From Amphiscolops sp. MND2022 (lineage: Eukaryota), in assembly GCA_964187785.1 (NCBI GenBank), contig OZ076409.1, positions 31,002,001-31,066,000 on the forward strand: a DNA stretch of 64,000 nucleotides. The letters are read 5' to 3'. Shown here piece after piece: positions 45,595 to 58,372 of this stretch (the stretch's first letter is position 1; each line of letters opens with the position of its first letter). Under the pieces are notes generated by a model. The model saw only the letters and a program-made list of their open reading frames with translations, was not told the DNA's origin and did not search any database. The position numbers and the translations under genes are program-made.

Positions 45595-48500
45595 ATGAAA
45601 GACGCACAAATTGAATTACCGCAATGTGAGGTCTGTGAGAAGGACGTTCACAGATCATCGTCCTTGAAACATTTAAAGTCTAAACTTCATGAAGATAATG
45701 AGAAATTAAATCCCTCAAACTTTTTAAATGAACCCAAACCATCAACTTCAAAAAAATATCAGAAATGTACCAAGATTAAACGATTTAGCGAGAGGAAAAA
45801 TCAATCACTCAAATAGAGAGTTACCAAAAGAGATTACTTAACGTATGATAAATCCATAATACTTCTCTCAAAGATATCAACCTCAATATGAGAAGAATCT
45901 TGATCAACATCACCTCAGTCGTATAAATAGTAAGATAACCATTAAATCAAAACATCATCTTCCTGTTGAATTATTCGATTTATATAATATTTTCAAAGAA
46001 ATGTTAACTATTTTTGCTAGGTTAATAAATCAATACAAATTCAAACATCAAGTTGTATTTTCAGCTAGTTTCGATAAGAAGAATCAAGAATAAAGAATTC
46101 ATTAGTTTAAAAGTCAATCAAAGTTTAACAAGGAGTGATATTGAGGAATATGATTTGGAAAGTGAATTAGGTACACAAATTGAAAATCTTGAAATGAAAG
46201 ATAGTGAATGGAAGTTTTGTAAAATTGTGACGATGACGATCTATCTCTATAAAACTGTTGAATTAAACGGTTGTAGTTATGGTAAAATACCTCTTAGAAG
46301 TTTTGCTATTTTAATTGTTGAAAACACTGACAACTATTGCTTTCTATGAAGCATCTTAGCTCACCTTCATCCTCGTGAGATTTCTGATTCTCACCCAAAT
46401 AGGCTTTCAAACTATCGAGAACATTTTTTTGAATTGAAATTAGATGGATTTGATTTTACTAAAGGATTCAAAACTCCAGATGTTTCTAGATTTGAAATGA
46501 TGAATAACTTAGCTATCAATATGTGAGTTACAGTTTCATCAAGAAGGGATAAACTGGAAACAGAAACTAATCCCTGTTGAGGTTAGTAACAGTAATTTGG
46601 AAACGATGATTGATTTAAAGATATATGAAAATCACTATGCCCTCAATAAGAAACTTCATGCATTCTTAGGAAGGAGAGATTCAAATTTCGTTTGTCGTCG
46701 CTGTCTAACTTGCTTTACAATTGAAAACGTTTTTGTGAAACATATTGAAGGACGTGAGCAACAGGATATTACAGCTATCAGACTTAGGAAGGATAGTCGT
46801 TTAATGTGGAAGAAGCACTTTCATTAGATCCAACTATATTTCAGGATCTATTTTGATTTCGAATGTAATAATAAAATAGAAGATTCTCACGTAGGTAATA
46901 AAACTACAAATATTTTAGGGCAAAATCCAATGTGTATTTGATTTTACATAATATCTGAGTTGAATGAAGTTCCAGAGTCTGGATATCATAGTTGTTTTGA
47001 TGAAAATAATGAGTGGTGTGTTGAGGAAGTTATAAAAATAGAAAATAAGACGAATTTTCACCTCAATAAAACAAAGAAAGTCATTGTAATGACTCGAGAA
47101 GATGAGGATGATTTCAAGAATAGTACTCTCTGTTGGTTCTGTGAAATTTCACTAGATGGGAGAGGTGTCAGAGATCCTTGTCATCTAACTGGTAAGTATC
47201 GAGAAACCGCACATGAGAAATGTAATAAGAATGTGAAACAGAAACAGTAATTTTATACCTTTTATGTTTAACCACTTCAGTATTTTTGATTGTCACTTGT
47301 TCTTTCAAACATTGATTGATAAAAAACCAAATACTGTTCCTCTGCATGTTATACCTAAGACGAATGAGGAATACATTTCAATTTCTTTTTCCCATATGAT
47401 GAAATAAAATTTGTTGGTAATGTTAACTTAGAAGATATTTAAACACTTCAGATAAAAGTGAAGTTGGTTATTTCCTCGAAGTTGATTTGAAATATCCTAA
47501 TGGGATAAAACAAGACTAAGAACTTTCCTTGCTGTCCAGAAAAAAGGTTTTCACCTCAAGATAATTTTTTTGAATATTTGAAAAACAATGAAACCCAATA
47601 CGTATACCAAACGTAAAAAATAAATGTGATTGGACAGATAAGAAAAAGTATCTGGTTCATTATCGAATGTTGAAGTTTTATGTGATACATGGAATGATTG
47701 TTGAAAAAGTTCATCAAGTAATTTCTTTTAGGCAGAGTAAATGGTTAGAAAAATATATAAATTTTATTACCCAGAAACGAAATGAAACAAAGAACGACTT
47801 CGAAAAAGATTTTACAAACTATTAAATAATGCGTTGTTTGGAAAGACAATGGAGAATGTACGAAATAGAAGTAAGATTGAGTTCATTAGAAAGGATGAAG
47901 AAGAGAAGATGGTCAAGTGCCAATTCAAGTTAACGTTTAGTGGATTTCATAAGTCTCATGTAAAATACGACAGTTTCACATTTAAACAGAATGAGGTGCT
48001 TATGGATAAGCCAAAATGTCTCGGATTTTCTGTATTGGAATTGAGCAAGTTATTGATGTATGAATTGTACTATGATAAATTTTAACCTTGTTTTGGGGGA
48101 GAAAACTTACATTCCCATTATATGGATGGTGTGACAGGAGATACCCCGAATATTTTGAAAGAAAATGGAAATTTAAAAAATTTTAAGGGTTGATGAGAAT
48201 GTTAATGATGAAAATTGGTATAAAGATGATAATGTTATTACTGATTGGGGTGATAAAGAATTTGGTGATTGCGGAAATTTTCAGGTATGGACAACTGAAG
48301 GATGGAAAGACCTTAAAAAGGTTGTAAAGCATAAGACAGAAAAAGATATCTATAGAATTAGAACAAAACATGGTATCGTTGATGTGACTGAAGATCATAG
48401 TTCACTCACTAAGAGTAAAGAAGTAGTCAGACCTCGCGATTTGATTCTAGAAGAAATACTACATAATCATATTTAATTTGGAGAGCCGTGTGTGACGTTT

Positions 48501-49632
48501 GATGAAATCATTGATAAAATATATAACACAGAAGCTACGACTTTAAAGGAAAAAGATATGTTTGTTGAAGGCTTCTTTTTAGGCGATGGAACTTCTGGAG
48601 TTTACAACTATAGTTCCGGTGTATTGTTGGACATTGAATAATTTGTACTTTGGTAAAATTGAAAAGAGAAAACGATATGCTGTTGAAGTTTGGAGAGAGT
48701 ATTTTAAAATTTATGATAGCAGTGAATCGAGTCATGTCTATAGAATTTCTTCAGGTAAGAAGATGGCTTTAGAATTTGATGAATGTTATACGAATGAGAA
48801 GGAAAAAAGAATTCCACACTACATCTTGAATCAAACACTTGAGAATGGAAAATGGTTCCTAATTGGATTTTACGCAGCTGATGGTTATAGAAAAATTAAA
48901 TATAAATATTTATCAATTTCTCAAAAGAATAAAACTACTATATCTGGTTTAAATTATCTTTGTCAGTCTTTAGGACTAAATACTTGTATGTAGGACAAAT
49001 ACAATTTGTATGCGCGATGATACACTCAATGTTTTCAAACTAATTACTGTTCATAAGATGAGTGATGAAAAAGTTCATAAAATATTGAATTTAGGTAAGA
49101 AGAATGATTTTGTGTATGATTTAGAAACAGAATCTCATGATTCCAAGTGTGGTTTTCCTTTAATCGTACACAATACTGATAGCTTCGTTGTTATTGTGAA
49201 TACTGATGGTATTGTTAAAGATTTAGACAATCTGAGAGATTTCTTTGATTTCAGCAATTTAAGCAGAGAACACAACACAAGCTATTTAGTGAAGTAAATA
49301 AAAAGGTACTTGGTAAATTTGAAATTGAAACTCCTGAGAGGATATGGATTGATGAATTTATATGTTTAAGAAGTAAAGCATATTCCTTTGAATGTAGGGG
49401 TAAAAATAAAAACAAACTAAAAGGTATCTCAAAATTTCAAACAAAAAATATTAAATTTGAAGAGTACTACAACTGCTTGTTTGGAGGTGATTATAAAAAA
49501 GAATGTGAAAATTTTATAATCAAATCTATAAATCATAATATGTTTCTCCAAAAGGTGACTAAAATTTCTTTATCTGCTTTTGATGAGAAACGTTGTTGTT
49601 TGCATAATATTGCGAGTAGTCCGTGGACGTGA
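45595..49632 (+). pseudogene. Protein-primed family B DNA polymerase (pPolB), disrupted, containing an intein
   Basis: N-terminal C2H2 (CEVC...H...H), NYCFL...NHY, exo I YFDFEC, CWFC...CHLTGKYR..AHEKCN, YFLEVDLKYP, motif B KLLNNALFGKTMENVR, motif C YMD/TDSF, LRSKAYS, KLKGI. The region carrying motif A appears deleted near 47390. Confidence 0.92.
48128..49174 (+). other. Intein with LAGLIDADG homing endonuclease (degenerate), 1047 nt
   Basis: Splits HYMD|TDSF. Block A GVTGDTPNIL, block B GIVDVTEDHS (TEDH 48387-98), LAGLIDADG-like VEGFFLGDG and FLIGFYAADG, block F VYDLET, block G IVHN followed by Thr+1. Confidence 0.92.
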
Positions 49633-51065
49633 TAATTATTTTTGAACATTAGAATAATATTTAAAATGCTCATAATCATAAACATTCTCTTTTTGGACAG
49701 CTAAATCATGCTCATGATTTCTTGAGCCTTTCTTTTTATTATCGTGCTTTAAAAGGGAGTGGATGTTGGAGAAGTGAGCTGCTTCTTTCAATTGTTCTGG
49801 ATCAGTTAGATCGAATGATGATCGAGGTCGATGTTCCTCCAAGTCATGTCTCCCGTCATTAAAAATTCGATGTAATTTTCAAATTCTTCAAATGACATTC
49901 TTAGTGTTTGTTCAGTTTTGAAATTTTTGTGAGTTGTTAGAGTAGAGCATTGTATTATCTTGAACGTAGAATCCATGATAGTCTAAAAGATTCGTTTTTG
50001 GCTCTTTTCTTTTTTTGTAATTCCTGTAATAACTATTACGTTTCTCGCGATTATTTTTTCATCCGTTGGGTGGTTTTTAAATATTTACATCTTTTACAAT
50101 ATTGATTTAGTTTATCATTTGATCTTGAGTCCTTGTTTTCTTTTTATACATTTATTTGTAAACGGTTTTCAAATAGAAATAAATAATTTATCTTTCCAAT
50201 AGAAGAATTAGTGTTCCACTTCCGCAACCAGGTTCAATTTCCACATCTTTTTGATAAAACCCTATTTAATTCACCCTCGTCAATTTTTAAATTTTCCTCT
50301 TCCTCTCTCCACTCATAATCTTCAAACATCCCTTTATTCCTAATATTTCCATAAAGTTTTCTCATTTTTGTAAAAAAACAATAGAATATCTTTTTCCAGT
50401 TTTAGAATATATTCATTTATTGAGACATCCAAACTAAAGCTTTCAAATGAAATCTGTTCAAGAATATATACAGAAATATCATCTATTTTCTTAATGATAT
50501 CTTCTAACCTAACTATATTTCTTTTTCTATCATATCTTGTCCTAATTCAATCCCAAATAAGAGTAAATTTTACATCATTCAGAATTTTCAACTTTTCCTC
50601 TATAGATTTATGGTGGAAAATAAGTTCATGAAACTTTTCTGAGGTTGTTTGTTCAAGTTCATTCTGTATATTATTCATTTATTAGGAAACATTTGTTTCA
50701 CTTTTTACGAAATGAATTCAACGAACTATTGATAATTCACTTTTATTTGCAATATAACTAATTTTAGTAGAGTATAAACGCAAAGAATAAAGAAGATGAT
50801 TAGAATTAATGCTACCACTACTAAAATTTGTAGTGGAAGTTGTTTGTTCATTTCAAAGATTTCCATTTATTATAAGAATAGTAGAAGAATTTCAACGTTA
50901 TTCTAAAACATGGTTAGTAGAGTATTGCAGAAGTAATGTATAAAGTCGTATTTGACGTCAGCGCGAGGTCGCCATGAGCGAAGCCAATGGCGAAGTAAGG
51001 GGGCGAACGACGTGAGCAAGCTTGCGTCCTTGCGTCTGGCGTCAAATACGACTTTATACACTACT

Positions 51066-51600
51066 GTTCTCCTCTTCATTTTTTTGATATTTTTTCAACA
51101 GAGCGAATGTTGAAAAATCCCAAAGCCCCTTCATTCAGATTTGTCGACACTCATTTTTTGTTTGTTTTTCAATTTTTGTTAAGAACTCCAAAGTTTTCGG
51201 CATTGAGATTCTCCAAAACGAATAGGGTTTGGTTTAAATTAGGTTTTCTCATGCCCGGTACACTATATTCATTTTTTGTTTTTTTTTAAAGACCAGTGTT
51301 TTTAATGCGATTTTTTTCTAATTTGTTTTCATCGAAGCCCCGTCCTCAATTTTTCTAGAAACGAAACGTTTTGCGAGCATGAAGGATTCCTCAGGGTTTT
51401 CTTGACTATGCGACTTATCGGAGACCTTTATCAAAAAATGTTTCGAAAAATTTTTGTCCATTTTTTCTTTTCTGAAAGGTTTTCTGTTGAGAAAGATGGG
51501 TTTTTTGCTGTTTCCAGTTAGAGAAAATGGTACGAGATTTATGCGTACCCCTTCGCGTATTTTAGGGCTGTAAAATTGATGAACCTTTGTTGTACCTTTT
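51066..51600. repeat. Continuation of the interspersed repeat split by the Polinton (left part ~38040-38236)
   Basis: Shares TTTTCGGCA(C/T)T.TGAGA and CCCCAAAGG motifs with 31150-31330 and 38150-38236. Confidence 0.5.
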
Positions 51601-53039
51601 GTTGGCTTTTTACCTTTGTTTGTCTGTATGATACTGCTAATTTGGTTATCTCACAAACTTTCTTTGCAAGTGTTTGCGAAGCACGGCTTCGCCTCTGTGT
51701 TAAAGATCTTCACGAGATTAAGTGAAGATGTTTTTGCAAACCTTGGCTACATTTGGAAACGAAACTTGCATGGGGATGGGTTCCAGCCATTCTCCCTGCG
51801 GAAGGATATGATCAATTTGTGATCAGTTATGACAGAAACACTTTTGGGAGTGCCAATACACGTGAAAGTTTATTCAGTTCGCTCAACTTTTAACAGCATT
51901 GTGCTCGCCACAAACTGATATACCACCGTATGCGAGCAATGTTGGGCGCAGAGTGATTGGACAACATTGCTGTCATTCGGTACAAATTCGGTTGCTCTTT
52001 TAAAATTCGAAGCCTTCATGAAAACGTCTTACATTGATCATCAAGTTGATAAGGTTATTGGAGACGTTGATTATTGGTTTTATTTGTATGAAAAAATCGA
52101 TTATTTGTAAGAGTATCACCTTAATTCAACCGCATTTTCCGTATTAAATCGTCTTTTGAATCAGTTGTATACACGCTGTCTCAGCCTAGCAGGTGTGCTG
52201 GACCCGGAGTGCATCAATGATTAAAGGCAAACGAGGACAGCATCTACCCCTGTTCCCAAAGCTGTGAATAAGAAGCCTAAATCATTCAATTTGCCTGTGA
52301 AAACTTATGCAAACACTTTTGATGATGATTTGTTTGATTTGTTGTTTAAAGAAGTCATTTAAATTTTTTGAACAATATCTTCAGAATGAATTTGTTTTAT
52401 ACATCACAGAGGGTCTAGGTTAGGTCAAAACTTGAGTTTTTCTACTCAAAAAGCCCATCAAATGACTAATTGATTGCGTAAGAAAACTTTTCTGAGTATG
52501 ACGTCATTAAATGATCATTTGTGCTAATTACTATACGTCATCATGCTGTTTGAGCTTTGCCGTATACTCGCTATCATGCGTTTCCTGCCTTTGAACTATG
52601 CGGCATCCTGCGGATTGATGCCTGACGATTACTCGTCACTATGCGGATTAACACTATGCGGCACCCTGCGGTTCGATGAGTGACGTATACTCGTCAGTAT
52701 ATGCGTTTTTAGCCTAATAATCATTCAAAATAGACGGTGCCATTATACATTTGAATCATATTCGAAATTACGCGCTATACAGCATATTATGCAGTTTTTC
52801 CAGGGTTTCTAGGACCTATCCATCAACTTTGGGATTAATATAAATAACCTGACGTAATGATGATGTTATTCTATTTTTGTATCCTTCTTTCTCGTGACTC
52901 CTCTAAAAAGGAATGTCATGCTTTTAGTTTTCCAGAGGTAGAGTTGTTATAATTTTGGGATCATTCCAGTTTCAACTCTCACTGCAATCAGTTGCTAAAT
53001 CTACCGTTCTGACAACGTTGTACAAGCAATTTTCTTCAA

Positions 53040-54920
53040 TAATTGTTCTGTTTTCATCACCTTCTTTTGGATCCAAGATACTTTGGTGTAATTCAAATTC
53101 TTCCTCAACAACCAAATTACATTTTTCACTTGAGTGAGATGGGAAACATGAGAAATCGAAGGTCCAGAAGACTTGAGACTCCGTCTCCAGACAGAGAAGT
53201 AGAAGTAACTCAAGTTTAAACGCCTAATACAGGTAATGCAACTTTAACTAATCTTAATAATGAAGTCCAAGAAAAATTAGCTGAGAACAGCTCAGAAAAT
53301 CATCTGACCGAATCCACCCAAATTAGTAACGAAATCCAAACTTGGATCCAATTACTGGAACAGAAAAATAGTGATAGGATAGAAAAAATGAGAAAAGAAA
53401 TAGACAATAAACTTGAAGTATTCCTAAAAGAGATCAAGTCTAGCAAAAGTATATCGACGGTAACAAATTCCAGGTCAGATGTAAACGAAATACAAGATAT
53501 ACAACCTTCGGGGTCCAAGACGAATATGCCTATGGGAGTTCACGCATCTAATAACGAGGATTTAGATTCTAAAAATGACGATTTTCCTTTCAGAGCTTCA
53601 AAAATGAAAGATTTGAAACATCCTGCTAAACCATTATATCGAAATGAAGCAGACGTAGATGTAACAATTCTTTCAGACGAAGAATCCGACTAAGAGGATT
53701 ATCACACGCTCTGTACTGCAAGTGAATTGATGTGCGCCGTATATAGTAGAAACGGTCGAATACAGCAAATGTGCAACCCCTACCTTTCTGGTTTATGTTG
53801 TGTTGGCATGCATAGTGACGGAAGTCTGGAAAAAGTTGTATGCGAATTTCCAAAAGTATTTTGCGAAGTACTGAGCGTTTTGCAACGACATCATCATCGT
53901 CAATTATCTAACGGTGCGTAACAAAGTAATTGTATAGTCATGTTTCATTCAATTCAGGAGCTCTAGCAGTTTCCGGGTAGTAGTTTTGTTTTCATCACCT
54001 TTTGGATCCAAGATACTTTGGTGTAATTCAAAGTCTTCCCCAACAACCAAAATACATTTTTCACTTGAGTGAGATGGGAAACATGCGAAATCGAAGGTCC
54101 AGAAGACTTGAGACTCTGTCTCCAGACAGAGAAGTAGAAGTAACTGAAGTTTAAACGCCTAATACAGGTAATGCAACTTCAACTAATCTTAATAATGAAG
54201 TCCAAGAAAATTTAGCTGAGAACAGCTCAGAAAATCATCTGACCGAATCCACCCAAATTAGTAACGAAATCGAAACTTGGACCCAATTAATGGAACAGAA
54301 AAATAGTGATAGGATAGAAAAAATGAGAGAAGAAATAGACAATAAACTTGAAGTATTCCTAAAAGAGATCAAGTCTAGCAAAAGTATATCGACGGTAACA
54401 AATTCCAGGTCAGATGTAAACGAAATACAAGATATACAACCTTCGGGGTCCAAGACAAATATGCCTATGGGAGTTCACGCATCTAATAACGAGGATTTAG
54501 ATTCTAAAAATGACGATTTTCCTTTCAGAGCTTCCAAAATGAAAGATTTGAAACATCCTGCTAAACCATTATATCGAAATGAAGCAGACGTAGATGTAAC
54601 AATTCTTTCAAACGAAGAATCACACGAAGAGGATTATCACACGCTCTGTACTGCAAGTGAATTGATGTGCGCCGTATATAGTAGAAACGGTCGAATACAG
54701 CAAATGTGCAACCCCTACCTTTCTGGTTTATGTTGTGTTGGCATGCATAGTGACGGAAGTCTGGAAAAAGTTGTATGCGAATTTCCAAAAATATTTTGCG
54801 AAGTACTGAGCGTTTTGCAACGACATCATCATCGTCAATTATCTAACGGTGCGTAACAAAGTAATTGTATAGTCATGTTTCATTCAATTCAGGAGCTCTA
54901 GCAGTTTCCGGGTAGTAGTT
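53040..54920 (+). repeat. Direct tandem duplication, 935-bp period, of a decayed coding-like (possibly gag N-terminal) segment
   Basis: ORF pairs 53300/54235 and 53626/54561 are offset by 935 with near-identical translations. Confidence 0.9.
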
Positions 54921-55399
54921 GTTGTTAAAATTGGTGGAAGTTGGATGGAGGGTCTTCACTTTATAATTAAACTTAGTTTCTCGTGCTGCCTCACAGTGTC
55001 TGGCACAGCATGGTTGAGCTGGTTTCATGAGGCAATTTTGACGCAAAACATCAATTACCCGACCGAAAAGTGCTGAAGAAGACAAACAACACCGTCAACA
55101 TAACTGTAAACTACTTTTATACTTTTGTTTATATTCATGTAACTTTATTTTTGTTAAACTCATCATAGTGGAACTGCATAAACAATGTGATACTGTGCTA
55201 TGATGATTAATAAGTGCTATGATGAATAGTACTGTTCGCACATATGAACAAATCGAACTACATTTGTGATATCTCAATGCCCTTGGGTGACTACTGTGTC
55301 ATTATACGTGTTGTTATGATGTTTATAGTCGTCAATATGCATTTGATAGTGTATTTACGACGCCATATTTGATGTCCCACAAGCAATCCTAACACCCCA

Positions 55400-57535
55400 T
55401 ACCTGTCAAGGCAACTTAGACCTGACACCCAAATATCACTACGTCAAGCAACTTTACTTGAGGAAAACAATAAACCCGACGAACTTCTTTTCATAGCGAG
55501 CAGAATGCCCTCATCTAGACCATGATGCGACAGGAATAGTCACCCCATCACCACAACTCGAGCACCATGATAGCATTTTTGTCACATCCTCACTCAGTAC
55601 TGTCCGTTTTAAAGCTATTGAATACCAAATAATCATTTTCTCTGGTCTCTCTCAACTTATACATTAACCCTTGATACCCATTTAGCTGATTTCTAAATAC
55701 TAACTCCCGGACCGATTAAGCAAATGCAGCCAGCAGATCCAGCAATGCTATCCATCATCATACAACATGAGGAAACTGAAATCTACTTCAATCAACACCT
55801 TAAAATATCTCCACAAAATCCAGAACGAGAAACATGTTGGCTCTTAACTCCCGAAGAACGAAGTGATCATTCTACATACACCCCATTACAACAACGGATA
55901 AATCAATAACTTCTTGAACTTAAAGAGCGTGCAACATCAAATCTACAAGATTACGTAACACCACTTCAATCATTTCTCTCAACAACAATCATTCCTCTCA
56001 ACAACAAACAGAAAAAAATTCTAATTGAATTCCCTGATTTTTTGCCAGACATCATTTGATATTGGCAGAACTTGTGAATTTGAGGTCAAACTAACTCCCA
56101 ACGAAGGCCGACTTGCATATAGCCAAAGTCTGCCAATCTCATCAACCCCTAAAGACGATTTCACAGTAGAACTCGGACTGCTACATGAATACGGAATTAT
56201 AATGACGCTACTTTTTTTAGAAGACGCGAGTGCCATCTTTGCACAACCCAATTCCAACGAACGTTTTTCCTAGTCAATATCAGACAACTTATCAACCTAC
56301 TTTCTTCGTAGGTTAGACTGCCGAGTAGACTGCTTCCAGGCGCATCCTTGTCTACAGATGGAAGATTTCCAGTCATTACAAAAGCTCTCTTTCAACTTCG
56401 CAAGCCGGACTTTAGCATATCGGCGACTTGCCCAAGGTGTGAACAGATCCCTTTCAACACTTCCAAGTTTCAAGAGGAAATGCATCGACAAAGAAATCAA
56501 TGCTGACCAATGTGAACATAATGTCGATGACATTGGAATAGGAGCCAACGACGGCAAAGAGCTGTGTGCAAACATCAGAACCGTTTTTGAATATACGCAA
56601 TGCCGGTGTGAACATCACGATGTCAAAATGCCATTTCGGAGTAAAATCATTCAGTTTTCCAATTTTCTCGGCCGCACAATTACCCTACAGGAGATGCACC
56701 ACAAGCGAACAAAGTAAAAACGTTTTTGTCAAAACCGTTTTCCTATATCAAAAAAGCGATACAACGGTACATATGTTTCTCAAACGATCACCGTTGTTTA
56801 ATCTTCTCGAAAATACCAGCAAACTTCACGTCCCAACAAATCTTGTATATGATTTCAACAACCGAATAAATTATCGAAAACTAATGTGCGCTATCATTGA
56901 GACAACCCTTCAGAGACAAACAACTCATAGTTATGTCGGATGCAAGCTTTACAGATGTTGGATATGCCATCATGTTGGAAGATGGCCCAAACCAAAAATA
57001 ACAGTCCAAGCGCAAAACCTTTTATTGCTCTTGGCTCTGAAACGTTCAACCCCACTGCTAAACTGATACCTCCAGCAATCTGGAAATACTATCTGTGATT
57101 ACGTATTACAATGTAACTTCGTAGTCACCCATCTTGCTGAATGGACACCTAATTCCCTATCCCGAACAGAAATAAACCCAATCGAAAAGCTCGAAGTCAG
57201 CTTACGCAATGACATACAAACAAAAGCAATAGAAGTCAACATCCAATCATTTGGCATAGTTGTATAATAACAAGTCTACATACTCCGCGATGACGAAATG
57301 GACGACAACCACTTCTGAGAGGAAAATAAAAACATCAGACATCAATCACAAACCGAAACACCTAAAAACCCAGAATATAAGTCAACTGATGACACGGATG
57401 ATTCATTCGACTTGAACAAAAACAATGTCATAGTATTCAGAAATCTGATAGCGGAAATAAAAGGCGATCTGTTTGTTGAAAGAGTTCTAGGTTCTGATTT
57501 TCGATACTAACACAACATTCCTAACATCACTCGAA
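55400..57535 (+). pseudogene. Decayed Ty3/Gypsy pol (RT-RNase H)
   Basis: AYRRLAQG, HNVDDIGIG (YVDD-like), SKCHFGV, FLGRTIT and VMSDASF..VGYAIM across frameshifts. Confidence 0.8.
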
Positions 57536-58372
57536 TAGAAACAAGCCGAGAACTGCGCAAGTCGGCGCCATATCTAAGGCTCAAAAAATAGCAAAAGGAC
57601 AACAAAGTGTTGAGTATTTTCGTCTACAGTACCCGAAAAACCCCAAAAGTTCGACCGACAAAAGGGTCTTAAAAATGCACAAAAGATGAACCTAGACCTG
57701 AAAAATTCAAAAGAAATTGAAAATTCGCTCAGGGATTCACTGGAGAGGAAAAAAACTTAGAAATCAAATGGCCTAAATGTTCAAATCTTGTTGGAAATGG
57801 GACATTCCTTAGCTCTAGGAAAAAACGAACGTAGGAAAACGACTGAAACTTAATTCGAGCTCACGCGTAAAATTGTCCGATAAAAGGGCATGCACTTCCT
57901 CATACATTTTGGCATGATGCAAAAAGAGATTACGGAAAAGTTAGGGTAAATAATTAACTCAAATTAAACATTAACATCGCAAATCAGTTGATGTAAAACA
58001 ACACATATTTACAAGCAAAATTTTATATGAATCAAAATCAGTGATTGGAAATTTTAATAGTTTGTATTCTTAAATTTGGCAAAAGAAAACTAACGAAACA
58101 AAAACTTGTTGCTTAAGCTTTGCAAAATGAATGAGGAAAATGGATATTCAATTCATCAGTTACAGCAGAAAAGAGTGCCAAGATGTAGGAACACCACGCG
58201 ATGCTTTCGGTATTCCAACAGAACTATTTACAATGATGTCACGATGAAGAAGCAACACCACGCGGAGCTTTTGCTGTCGTTGTCGGTTCTTTCAGAAGAT
58301 AAGTGTGTTTCAAAACGAAATAGTTGAACGCAAACATGGAGTGAGCTTCAGAAGTAAAACAGAGGTCACAAT

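Larger units (their letters stand above)
38237..51065 (+). mobile_element. Polinton/Maverick (adintovirus-like) endogenous DNA virus, degenerate, 12,829 bp
   Basis: Termini AGTAGTGT(T/A)TAAAGTCGTATTTGACGC...ACACTACT; 6-bp duplication GTTCTC (38231-36 / 51066-71); remnants of pPolB, integrase, packaging ATPase and capsid genes. Confidence 0.93.

Noticed and set aside
48586..48993. Free-standing homing endonuclease gene or group I intron
   Set aside because: It lies between intein blocks A/B and F/G and the insert ends in His-Asn before Thr, so it is the intein's endonuclease domain.
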